Positions 12,672 through 24,053 of a DNA stretch of 64,000 nt are shown one piece after another. The stretch spans positions 1,550,001-1,614,000 of the forward strand of contig OZ287068.1 in NCBI GenBank assembly GCA_965645245.1. The letters run 5' to 3'. Made by a program: the position numbers and the translations under genes. The notes under the pieces are model-generated. The model made no database searches. It saw nothing but the letters and a program-made list of their open reading frames with translations, and was not told where the DNA came from. The stretch is from Massalongia carnosa. Taxonomy: Eukaryota. How positions within the stretch are numbered: position 1 is the stretch's first letter; every line of letters begins with the position of its first letter.

Positions 12672-15600
12672 AAAAAAGTAGTGATCGTTTCATACCAGAT
12701 TCTAGACGACTGTTTTAGGCCATAAAAAGCTTTCTTCAACTTGCAAACTCTCGTTGACCCGTCATCCAGACCGGTTGGTTGCTCCACGTAGATTTCCTCG
12801 TCTACCCTTCCGTACAAGTAGGTTATTTTTACGTCCATTTGGTAAATTTCCCAATCATTGGCTGCAGCGATAGCGAAGATGGCTTTATATCTTATTGGCT
12901 TCACTACTGAAGCAAAAGTCTCATTGTAGTCAATACCTTCACGTTGCTCAAAGCCTCTGACTACCCATCGAGCCTTGTAACGAATAATCTCGCCAGCCGG
13001 GCCTCGTTTGGTTTTATAAACCCATTTGCCTCGCAGGGCTTTGCGGTCCGGTGGCAGGGAGGTGAGGATCCAGGTATCATTTTCGTTGATAGAGTCAATT
13101 TCTTCCTGCATTGCCCTTCGCCAATCCTTTTCCTCCCGACTATCTACGGCCTGTTTATAGATTTTAGGCTCGTATGGCTCCGGGTTATTGGTCGAGCAAG
13201 AAGAGCCAAAAAAACAAGCGGGTCAGGCGAGGGGGCACGAAGTTTTGGGTGCTTAGAGAGAATATCTGCCAGGGACCAAGGCTCAATGGGCAGTTGGTTT
13301 GCCAATGCCTCTTTTCCAGCGTTTGATAGGAGAGTTCCAGTGGGAATTGGTTCTATGGATTCATGAGCGTCGACTAAGTCCGTATGACGGGAGTCCGTAC
13401 GATGGATAATTTTTTGCTTTCTTGTGGGCGGTCCTGACTGTCCAACATGTAGGGCTCTTTTAGTTTGAGAGAATGATAAGGAAGGAGTAGTCGGGGGGTT
13501 GTTATCTATCTACTGAATATTGGAATAACGCTTGACCGCGCCCCGTGGATTTATCATTCGATAGATGTGATCGCCTTCGTATCCTACTAAAGTACATTTG
13601 GTGGCTCGTTCCTGAAATTTCTTCTATCCGGTGGAGGGCTTTCGCTTTTGCGTATAGCCAGTCTGTCCTATTATCCTTATATGTCCTAGTTCTGGTGGGC
13701 TGCCGGTGTGAGACTCGTACGGGGTGATGGAGCGTCCCGCAGTTGGTTGTCGATTTCTTAGGTAGTTGGCAGTGAGAACCATCTCAGCCCAGTATTTTGA
13801 TGTCTAGTTTAGCGCCTTCTCGCATGCTGCTGGCTAACTTGTAAAGCGTTTGACCTAGGCGGTCGGCTGCCCCGTTCATGGGTGGATATCCCGGTACGGT
13901 AGGTTCCCACTGAATGCCATGCTCGTTTCTGAAATTCTCGAAGTCCTTGGAGTCATACTCACCCCCATAGTCCGATCGCAAGCGCTTAATTCATTTGTCC
14001 CCATATTCATTTTGCTTCTTGTAGTTTTTAAAAGCTTGAAGGACTCCGCTTTTGACGCGCAGTAAGGTGACGTGGGACAGTTTATGGAAATCGCAAAGAA
14101 AGGTCACCATATATTTGGCGCCGTTCAAGGCTTCTGGGAAAGGTCATTGCACATCACTGTGAATTAAGTCCAGCGGGTGCTTGCCTGGTGATGGGGGCCC
14201 GGTATGGTTCTACTTGGGACTGAGCGATGGCGCACGGAGGACAGGCGTCTTGGGCGGGGGCTTGGTGAGGTCCATTCCTTTTGACATGTCAGCGAGCTTG
14301 AGAATATTTTGATTTCCAAGATGGCCTAAACGAGCGTGCCACATTTTTATCGCCTCGCTATTAATTACAGCAAGAGCGAGAGCGGCTTCAGAAACGTTCC
14401 ACATATTCAGGATATATAGAGTGTTGTCCTGGCGGCGAGCGATAATACCATAGTTACCGATTTCAATTCCCTCTGGTACAATCTTTAAGGGACATCTATC
14501 TCGTTGTAATTGTCCTTGGGAGATGAGATTTAGGCCTCCGTCCGGAACGTATAACACATCGAAAAGAGGGAATTCCCGAAGACCCTCGTTACCGGCACAC
14601 CGCAACATGACGTTACCTATTCCTTTGGGAATTAATACTCCTCCAATACCTTGAATTAGAGGGCAATCGGATGTCTTCAATGAGGTAAAGATGGAGCGAT
14701 CGTTGGTAATATGTTGGCTAGTTCCAGAGTCACAGATCCAGAGCTTAGATATTTTGGTTATATCCGCGGTGGCCATGTAGGCGCAGAAGGCTCCTTTGGT
14801 TGAGTCATTGTTTTCCGGTTGGCTTTTGGCTTTGACCTTGACTTTTGGAATTCCTACGACGCTTATTGGAATTACGCTCTGAGTCTTGGTTAACGAGGTG
14901 TGGATATTTTTCACGACACTCGCTCACTACGTGATAGTCTTTTCGGCAGTGGTTGCAGAACTTGATGGTCTTGGTTGTAGCACGTCGACCTAGATAGAAA
15001 TCTAATAGGGACTATGTACGAAAACTAGTAAGATGAAGAAAGAAAGCTATGTACAGATCACCGGTTAATAAACACTCATACCCGTGCTAAGCCTAGTGCA
15101 GGTTTTCATTACCGTCGTTGAACTGCTCATACCACGCGTGTTAATAATGTCGCTACAAGCAGTGCTAAATCCGTTTTCGGTTAGATAAGGTTAATAGTAC
15201 TACGTCATGTGTTGCCTGAGTTTAGAGCGTTGTAATCCGTGACATTGGTGATGATTCTAGAATGGGCTGTTCCGGGTTGAGCTCCTGCTTGGGTTTAAGC
15301 GTTTGAAACAGCTGCCATTACGATTACGGCCTTAGCGCTGGACTTGCTTGGGTTAGTCACCGTGTTTTGGAAATGATGCATAGCCTGACTTAACGTGTGC
15401 TTGGGTTCACCCATTTCATTGAAAGGATCATGATCCTGAGCGTATCGTTCGAAATAGCTGTTGTATTCGAAGCCTAAATTGGTATGGAAGCGATAGATAA
15501 GCCAGTTTTCGTCCAGGCTTAGCTTGCTTGAGAAGGTGCGAAGCTTATTCAACGTGGCGCGAAATTGGGTAACGTAGTCTGCAGGGCTGCTGCAATCCGA

Positions 15601-15912
15601 AAGGATAAGGTTGTCTAATTTTCTAAAAGTGTCATTGAGGAATCCTGAACCGCGAGGCTTATAGTTTGACTCAAGCAGGTCCCAGGCGACGGAAGCAGTA
15701 GTATGGTCTTCTGTATCGGTGTAGGCATTTCCTTCACAAGCTAATCGAAGAGCAGTGCAGGTCTTATCTTGGCCCTTTTTCCATTTGTTGAAGCCATCAT
15801 TGGGAGCGTTTGGGCGTGGTGCAGCTTCGGTGTTATCACAATAGATCCAAAGATCTATCATTTTGAGGCAATCTCGCATGGCTCGCTTCCATGCTGGACA
15901 ACCCTCGTGGTC
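12672..15912 (-). mobile_element. Degenerate Ty1/Copia internal fragment (gag-PR-IN-part of RT), no LTRs (C1)
   Basis: Reverse complement of ~45960-48849; WICDSGTSQH, LRSDYGGEY, YKARWVVRGF; both ends cut by LINE tails. Confidence 0.93.
14976..15244 (-). mobile_element. Solo LTR of the Gypsy/chromovirus family (269 bp) inserted in C1
   Basis: TG...CA, near-identical to 35820-36087 and 41470-41738; 5-bp TSD ttggt at 14971-14975 and 15245-15249. Confidence 0.96.
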
Positions 15913-17343
15913 TTTTTTTTAATTTATTCATTAAGTGTATTCAACCTAAGGTTATGACACTAACCTATTTTAGGATATGTTTCTATATTAGAAATAAACC
16001 AACCCTTTATAACCCATCTATGTATCGTCAATTTTTCCCCATTTTTACTCCGTGTTAGTAACAACCTATAGTAATCGAAGAATATCGATTTTACAATTTG
16101 TCTTTGTAAGTTCGTGAATCTTTCAGCTTAAATCGTTTCTGATTTTACTACTGTTCGATATCTCCCCAACCTCCAGTTTCGAAAATCTCGTTATCAAGCT
16201 GACCTAGTATCCATTTTCTAGTCGAGATTTTGTTATTGACAATGAATTTAATCAAAATATCATTTCCGATTTTTGTATTAAACAAGATATTCAAGTTGAT
16301 CGTAGTATCGATATTTTGTTTCATGTTTTGAATTTCATCGAAATAGTGAATGCAATTAAATAACAAGTGTTCTGGCGTTTGTCGTTGATTGCATAGATTT
16401 ATGCATTTTGACGAATTATAATCTTTCAATCGCTGTAAATACGATCGAAAATAGCCGTGTCCGAATTTTAATTGCATAATAGTAGCAAATATCAATTTGG
16501 AACAGTTGTTTGATAAATAATAAAATCTCGATATGCCAGGTTTCATTTCGAATTTCTCGTAGTATTTACCTTTTGATTTGCATTGTTGCCATTGATTCGT
16601 CCATGTGGTTAGCGTATTTTGATTTATTTGATCTTTTATATAATCAAATGTTATCGCCGAGGACTCGACTAGGATTTGCTTATGGCCCGTCTTTGCTATT
16701 TTGTCTTCAATTTCGATTCCGGTAATATTTGAATGACTCGGAACCCATTGCAAAATCACCTGATAATTGCTTTCAAATAAGCGTTTTGCAAGCTTTCGAA
16801 TTTGTCTTGCGAAAATATGATTTGTCAAGTTATGAATTTCGTTTATCGCGTTTCTACTATCAGAAAAAACCCAAATCGTTTTTTCTAAGTTCGATAAAAT
16901 ATTAGTATTGGACAATTTATAGACCCAATTCATTGCTTGTAAAATCGCCTGCAGTTCAGCATTTTTTATGCTTGACTGTTTACTTAATTTCCAGCTTTTC
17001 GAAATCGTATGATACTTGATCAGACAATCTTTTTCGATGAATCATTCGATTTTGTAGGTTCTGAAATAGTTTTTCATATTTCTTTTGACCATTATACCAA
17101 ATTTCTGAGCCGTTGTCCGAAATAGGAATAATGCATGACAAATAGAGCTGTCTGCATGCGGTCGGTTTCAGACCCCATTCGGATTTCATGAAATTCTGAA
17201 TTGCAAAAAATGATCGATTCGCAGAAGAAATCCGCGTTTCGACGTGTTTTTTGAAATTTAGTTTTCGGTCTAACCAGACGCCCGACCATTTGACTACATT
17301 TTTCGGTTCTAGTACTGTCCCGTTTGGTAATTCCAATGTGTCT
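15913..17343 (-). mobile_element. 5'-truncated, internally deleted A-type LINE (L4)
   Basis: Tail at 15913, ORF2 C-terminus 16148-16933, internal deletion near 17038 at aatcttt..cga microhomology, RT C-terminal part to 17343. Confidence 0.9.
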
Positions 17344-17909
17344 TCTCGAAGGTTGATAATTACACCGAAAGCTCAAATCGGCGATATTGACTCACTGTTG
17401 CTTCGAAACCAAATTAATTCGCTTTTTAAAGACGCGAAGTTGACTATCGTTGTTAACACGGTCAAAAAGTCCAAAATCGGTCAAAACATGGTTCTGACTA
17501 CTTGTCCTGAAAACACTTTTGAAGATTTATCGAACAATAAATCAATATGGGAGCATTTATTTGACACACGAATAGTTCGAAAGGACGAATCGTGGTTCAA
17601 AGTCGTCACACAGGGTGTAAACATTGCAATATTTGATGAAAACATGTAATATTTGCAAGACGAAATTCAAAAGTTCAATTCGAACATTCAGTTATGCGAT
17701 TTTCCTAGATGGCTAGCACGTGATCGTCATAACAAGATCAAATCATGCGTTTTCTTGACATTCAAAGATCGAAATATGGCCTCGAACGCTTTAAAAGGAG
17801 TCAATATCGCGGGCCGATACTGTGACACGGAAATATTTACCTCCGTTCGTCCAAACACATAATGCATTAATCGTCAAAAATTTGGACACAAGCATTATCA
17901 ATGCAAAAG
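17344..17909 (+). mobile_element. A2-type LINE ORF1 internal fragment, degenerate
   Basis: RRLIITPKAQIGDIDSLLLRNQ...KFGHKHYQCK; matches ~50788-51354 with stops. Confidence 0.9.
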
Positions 17910-17910
17910 G

Positions 17911-17966
17911 ATCGGTCCTCCTCCTTCTATACCATCGGTCCTCCTCCTTCTACACCATCGGTCCTC
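17911..17966. repeat. 23-bp tandem repeat, ~2.5 copies
   Basis: atcggtcctcctccttctaYacc at 17911, 17934 and partially at 17957. Confidence 0.9.
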
Positions 17967-18138
17967 ACCACGGAGACGCCAAAGGCCTCACCGTGGAGCG
18001 ACCGACAAACATAGATTTGCTCCTATCTTTTCGCATCAAAACGATGCTAATTTAACGCGGTCACCCGCGTCGCAGACGAACGTACGGAAGAGGATACGAA
18101 GGCCAACCGCCGGGGGGTAGAATGCGCGCGTCCCTGCA

Positions 18139-18878
18139 ACATGCTTCTAAGGGTTCAAGTCCCTTCATGCAGTCATCAGCTGGAAGAAGATGTGGACCAA
18201 AGGAGCCGTATCATCATCCCCCACCCGGGCACAATCGACACGCGTTCTAGCTCCTGAGAGTTCAAGTCTCCCCATGCAGTCATCAGCTGGGATCAACAGA
18301 ACGCGTAAAGGCACCGGGGCGAATGCTGTCACCTCAATAAAACTCCATCTCGGAGCAGAATAACAATATCCCATTTAATAGGCCCGGCCTGTTAAATAAA
18401 ATCGAGGAAATCACAGAGTCACAAAACACATAGTCATCAATCACACGTTTTACAAAGCACACATATACAAAGCACACAGTCACAAACATACAGTCGCAAA
18501 CACACAGTCAAAAAACACAAAGTCACAAAACACACAGTCACAAATCAATAACACGTCCCTGTTAAGGGGGTTCTGCGGGGGCTCGTTAAGACAGATCTGC
18601 ACCCCGTTAATAACGGCGTACATATTTTTAGAGGTTCAAGTCCTTTCTAGCAGTCATCATCTGAAAATGATGCATTTTGACACGGGCATGGGGTGGATTT
18701 GACACGGGTAGACCTCGATGAATCACAAAACGAATGAAAAGAGTTCAGCGGAACTTCGTTAATATTGTGCTCTAAGACCTCGTTAATAAGATTTTCATAG
18801 ACCTCGTTAACAACGTTCAGTTATACTCTTAAAGGTTCAAGTCCTTTCATGCAGTCATCGGCTGAGAGCTAAAGACGT
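18139..18878. repeat. Four dispersed copies of a 35-bp structured motif containing a B-box/T-loop (GTTCAAGTC)
   Basis: Cores at 18148-18182, 18255-18289, 18629-18663, 18830-18864, each closed by complementary flanks. Confidence 0.85.
18411..18545. repeat. Degenerate CA-rich minisatellite (cacaaaacacacagt-like, ~15-bp period)
   Basis: Repeated cacagtcacaaa / cacatagtca motifs. Confidence 0.7.
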
Positions 18879-19338
18879 ACGACACGGGTCAGCTATATCT
18901 GTCATACGGCTCTCCTTCGTCTACAACAGGAAGCCCTCCGGCTGAAAGAAATAAAACATATAGAAACATATTGTAGGGTCACACCCTACTCGATATAAGG
19001 GATTTGGGTTATGAAAACTATCCGATTGATGGCTACCGTGAGCAACACGGCCCGCACAGGAGTCGTACCGGGGATGGTGGAGGCAACCTAGTCATCAAAT
19101 AGGGCACAATTGGGACAAGAAGAGGGCAATATACGAGGAACCCGTTAATTGATAACAGTCTAGGCTCTGAGCTAATAGACGAATTTCAAACGAGCACCAC
19201 TCCGAGTTGTCCTCGACTCGTTTTGGTTAGTAGGGACGGAGAATCGATATTATACTGCCTGGTCAAGAGCATAGTAGTCGAAATCCCTGCGAGACATGGT
19301 CGGTTCATAAACGGGAGACCTTTATGAATAACGCGAAG

Positions 19339-20644
19339 TGAAAAAGCTGCATTTATCTCGCATAGTTATTATTAAATCGGTCAAGCATTTTATGACAAAA
19401 CGATCGATTATTTTGATATTCGATGAACACAAAAGCAAAACGTACTATATCGAATCTGGAATTCCACAAGGTTCACCCATTTCGCCAGTTCTATTTCTGA
19501 TTTATATTCGTTACTTATTTCCGAAAATACGAATGAAATTCAATGCTCATTCACCTAGCTTTATAGACGATGTTGCAGTATATGTCGATGTCATAAAATG
19601 CCTCCGACCTCACCACGTGCCTCTATCACGTGCCTTGATCTGATGACTACTCACGGACGTCGTGCCATGCCTTCGGGACCTTCATATCATTCTTCGAATT
19701 CGCCGATTACTGATCATTAATCAGCCTCGCATTGATGATTTATTCCCGTCTTTCGACTATTATCATGTCTAATAGCTTCGCATTGATGTTTGACATCTCC
19801 CGTCTCCTCGCTGACCCTATCGTGCTTATTGCCGCTATAATGCCCCTCATTCATCATCGCACTGACTAGACATCATTCGCCGCCACCCTAGAAAGATGAA
19901 TATGGGAGGACAAAGATATAAGAAAGAAGTCGAATCATGGAAGTTCTGATTCTTTGTCGAACGTCTTGAATAGCCAACCTAGCCTAGCCTAGATTCATAG
20001 CTATCGACTCAATCAATAAGCTTGACCATCAACCCACCTTGCCTTTGCCCTTGCCCTCGACCTGATTTCGTGACAGTCGAAAATAAAACTGCCAAACAAA
20101 ATTGCAAAGAAATTGAAAATTATCGTCAAAACAGCTTTTGATTGGGCCGCAACGAATAATGTCCAATTTGATGACGACAAATCTGAGTTGATTCACTTCG
20201 AAAAGTCAAGAAATGCATCAAAAGACAAAGTGCAATTACCAAACGGGACAATACTAGAACCGAAAAATTCTGTCAAATGGTTAGGAGTCTGGTTAGACCG
20301 AAAACTAAATTACAAAAAACACTTCGAAACGCGAATTGCTTCTGCAAATCGATCGTTTTTCGCAATTTAAAATTTGATGAATTCTGAATGGGGACTAAAA
20401 CCAACTGCATGCAGACAGCTCTATTTGTCATGCATTATTCCTATTTCGGACTATGGCTCAGAAATCTGGTATAACGGTCAAAACAAATATGAAAAGCTAT
20501 TTCAGAATCTGCAAAATCGAATGATTCGAAAGATTTTAGGCACATTCAAAACCACGCCTGTTCAGGCGATGGAAAATGAATCGCATATTTTACCAGCCAA
20601 GCTACGATTGTTGATGAAAAATCAAAATACGCAATTCGATTATT
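19339..20644 (+). mobile_element. B-type LINE RT-region fragment, interrupted by a solo LTR
   Basis: KKLHLSRIV...PQGSPISP...FIDD to AIRLL; strand flips at ~20645. Confidence 0.9.
19589..20075. mobile_element. Solo LTR (487 bp) of a family not otherwise present in the window
   Basis: TGTCA...TGACA termini; 5-bp TSD gtcga at 19584-19588 and 20076-20080; LINE sequence resumes exactly. Confidence 0.92.
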
Positions 20645-23600
20645 AAGAATACGGATAAGCTGACTAGGATAAGGTTTACTCGATTTTTTCTCGTCTTCGT
20701 TCCATTCAGCATATCTGTTGTTCCATAAACTAGTGTCAAAACCGATATTTTCAAATTTCACCGAATAGGTACTGGGAATTCTTTGACAAATAGGATTATT
20801 TTCGGCAATCTTCAATAATCGAATTGCGTATTTTTGATTTTCCAGCAACAATAGTAGCTTGGCTGGTAAAATATACGATTCAATTTCCATTGCCTGAACA
20901 GGCGAGGTTTTGAATGTGCCTAAAATCTTTCGAATCATTCGATATTGCAGATTCTGAGATAGCTTTTCATATTTCTTTTGACCATTAAACCAGATTTCTG
21001 AGCCATAGTCCGAAATAGGAATAATGCATGACAAATAGAGCTGTCTGCATGCAGTTGGTTTTAGTCCCCATTCAGACTTCATCAAATTTTGAATTGCGAA
21101 AAACGATCGATTTGCAGAAGCAATTCGCGTTTCGAAGTGTTTTTTGTAATTTAGTTTTCGGTCTAACCAGACTCCTAACCATTTGACAGAATTTTTCGGT
21201 TCTAGTATTGTCCCGTTTGGTAATTGCACTTTGTCTTTCTTTTGATACATTTCTTGACTTTTCGAAGTGAATCAACTCAGATTTGTCGTCATCAAATTTG
21301 ACATTATTCGTTGCGGCCCAATCAAAAGCTGTTTTAACGATAATTTCGATTTCTTTGCAATTCTGTTTGGCAGTTTTATTTTCGACATATATTGCAACAT
21401 CGTCTATAAAGCTAGGTGAATGAGCATTGAACTTCATTCGTATTTTCGGAAATAAGTAACGAATATAAATCAGAAATATAATTGGCGAAATTGGTGAACC
21501 TTGTGGAATTCCAGATTCGATATAGTACGTTTTGCTTTTGTGTTCATCGAATATCAAATTGATCGATCGTTTTGTCATAAAATGCTTGACCCATTGAATA
21601 ACTATGCGAGATAAATGCAGCTTTTTCATGACATTTAGCAATTGATTAATCGAAACAAAGTCAAATGCTCCTTTGACATCTAGTAATAGACATGATAAAA
21701 CGTTTTTGTTTCGGTTCGCGATTTCGATATCATGAACGACGTGTATTACCGCATCGATTGCAGAATGATTTTTGCGTTCGCCTATTTGTTCGTTATCTAA
21801 CAAGCTCGAATTTTCGCCGAGGTAGGCTAGTCGATTAGCAACTATTTTCTCCGCAATTTTACCAAGACAATTCAGTAAAGTAATAATTCGATATGATTTT
21901 GGCAGCGAGTAGTCTGGTTTATTAGGTTTTTTTTAAACTGCACCGAGTCCTGTTCTCCAACATAACGGGTGATAACCGAATTGTATAAATTTAGAATAAA
22001 TAGTAAAAAACACGTTTTTCAATGGTTGAAACGATTTTTGAATTATTGTGAAATTGATTGCATCAGGTCCACATGATTTCTTTGGATTAAACAAACTAAT
22101 CGCATTTTGCAATTCATTTTCGGTTAAATTCGGCCAATTGTTGTCATTTTCGCTGTCTTGATTCGTTAAATCTTCAATATTATCATCCGTGAACGGGTTT
22201 TTTGTGTACATTGCTGACACAAACGCATCGCATTTGTGATCGAATTGAACATTTAACTTATTTTCATATTGAATAGGTGGTATTTTTTCGAACATGCGCG
22301 GTTTAGTGTATTTATAAGCTGTAAATACGTCTTTATTCGCTGCGTTTTCGAGGAAAGCCAACCAAGTTTGCTGTTTCGCTTTTCGAATTGCATGAAAGTA
22401 CTCGATTCGACTTTGTCTAAATGTTTGATGACTAAAATAGGACGGATTATTCTTCCATTCTCGACGATGTCTACACATGATTTTTTGAAGTCCGGTTAAA
22501 TCTTGCGACCACCAATTTTTCGATTTTGCGCATATTTTTGTCTTCGGAATAAACATTTCCGCCGCGTTTTTGATAACGTTTTGCAAATATAACGCTGATT
22601 CATCAAATTGATAATTGTTCAATAGACTTTGTATTTGGGACTCGTAGTTTATTGCATTTTCGTCTAGAAACTTCGCGAATTTATCCCAATCGGCTTTATT
22701 GCAGTTGTATTTATTCGATAATGCTTTTGCGTGTGACGTCAAGTTCTTGAAAGACGCGATAAGTTCAAATCGAATAACTTCATGATCTGAACCCGTGACT
22801 GCGTTTTCATCGATTGACCAATTTGTAATTGCGTTTTCGATTTTAGAATTTGCAAATGTTAAATCAATAATAGATGAAGAGTTTCCTGAATAAGCAAAAA
22901 ATGTATATAGATCAGGCGTATTTATCAAACTACATTTGTTTAATTTTAACCATTTGACTAGATTTTCTGATCGAATTGCATTTTGAATCTTCGTATTCCA
23001 CCAGTTATGATGTGCATTGAAATCTCCACATATGATAAATTGATCAATTGATATAGGTTGATATTTAACTAAAAGTCAATCAATTGTATATGTTTCTCGA
23101 TCGTTTAGACTTTTTTCATTGTAAAGGTTAAAGATCTGCAGATGCTACAATTATCAGCATAAAGCCAACCCCCAAAACATCGGTACCCTATATTTTGATA
23201 TACTGAAACTTTCCCAACTTATTCTCCTCATTCTTCTCATTCATTTGAGCCTATCAGAAGCTAAAACCCATCAGAATTGGGTACAGGAGAGCTCTTCCAC
23301 TGCTCCTGCAGAGTTTTCCTCGCGGTCTGTCCGCCCCTTCACCAAAAAGCGCGTCCAAAAAATCTACAAAACACAAAAACACCAACAACAACGTCAAAAA
23401 TCGCTCGATTTTCGATATTTCTTCGGTTTAATTGTCGCATAGATCTCATCTATAATCACAAAAATTATCTACAAAATATCATCACTGTCGCGTAACTGTA
23501 CAACCTGTTCTCGAGACAACAAAACTTCTTGGTGTTCATTTGAAATTTAAGGTTACCGGTACCGTATACACTATTCCATTTTGGGTTTTTTCGATTTTCG

Positions 23601-24053
23601 TTGAACTGCCGACCAACAATCTGCTGAAACGAAGGGGAAAAACGTCTGAAATAGGGTTAAACCAAAGGCCCTGTTTCAGGCTAACCAGAATAGGAAGTCT
23701 CCTCTCTCTCATTGTACTTGATTTTATTTCTGGATCAAAAACATTTTTTTAAAAAAAAAAATTTTTCTGTTCGATCGTAAAATTCTTATTATATTCCATA
23801 TATCGTAGTGTCAAGGTAAAGAGTTAAATAAGATCTATTGCCTAAGCGAGGAACGGTCTATTTTAACTCGACTAGGATTTATTTGACTTGTTATTGTCAA
23901 ATAAATAGGGTTTGGAAAGCAAGAGTCTTTAGACCAGTAAATCGGCGTAAAAACTCTCTATTCTGACTATTACGTCCGGGGAAGGTCCGAATAAATTATT
24001 TGGTGGCGATAAAGGGGATATAGCAAAGGCAACATCGATTTATTTATAAATCC

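Noticed and set aside
18139..18878. tRNA genes, CRISPR or hammerhead ribozymes
   Set aside because: No acceptor/D/anticodon cloverleaf around the T-arm; spacing irregular; minus-strand CTGATGA is intact in only two copies and lacks a consistent stem II-GAAA-stem III-UH arrangement
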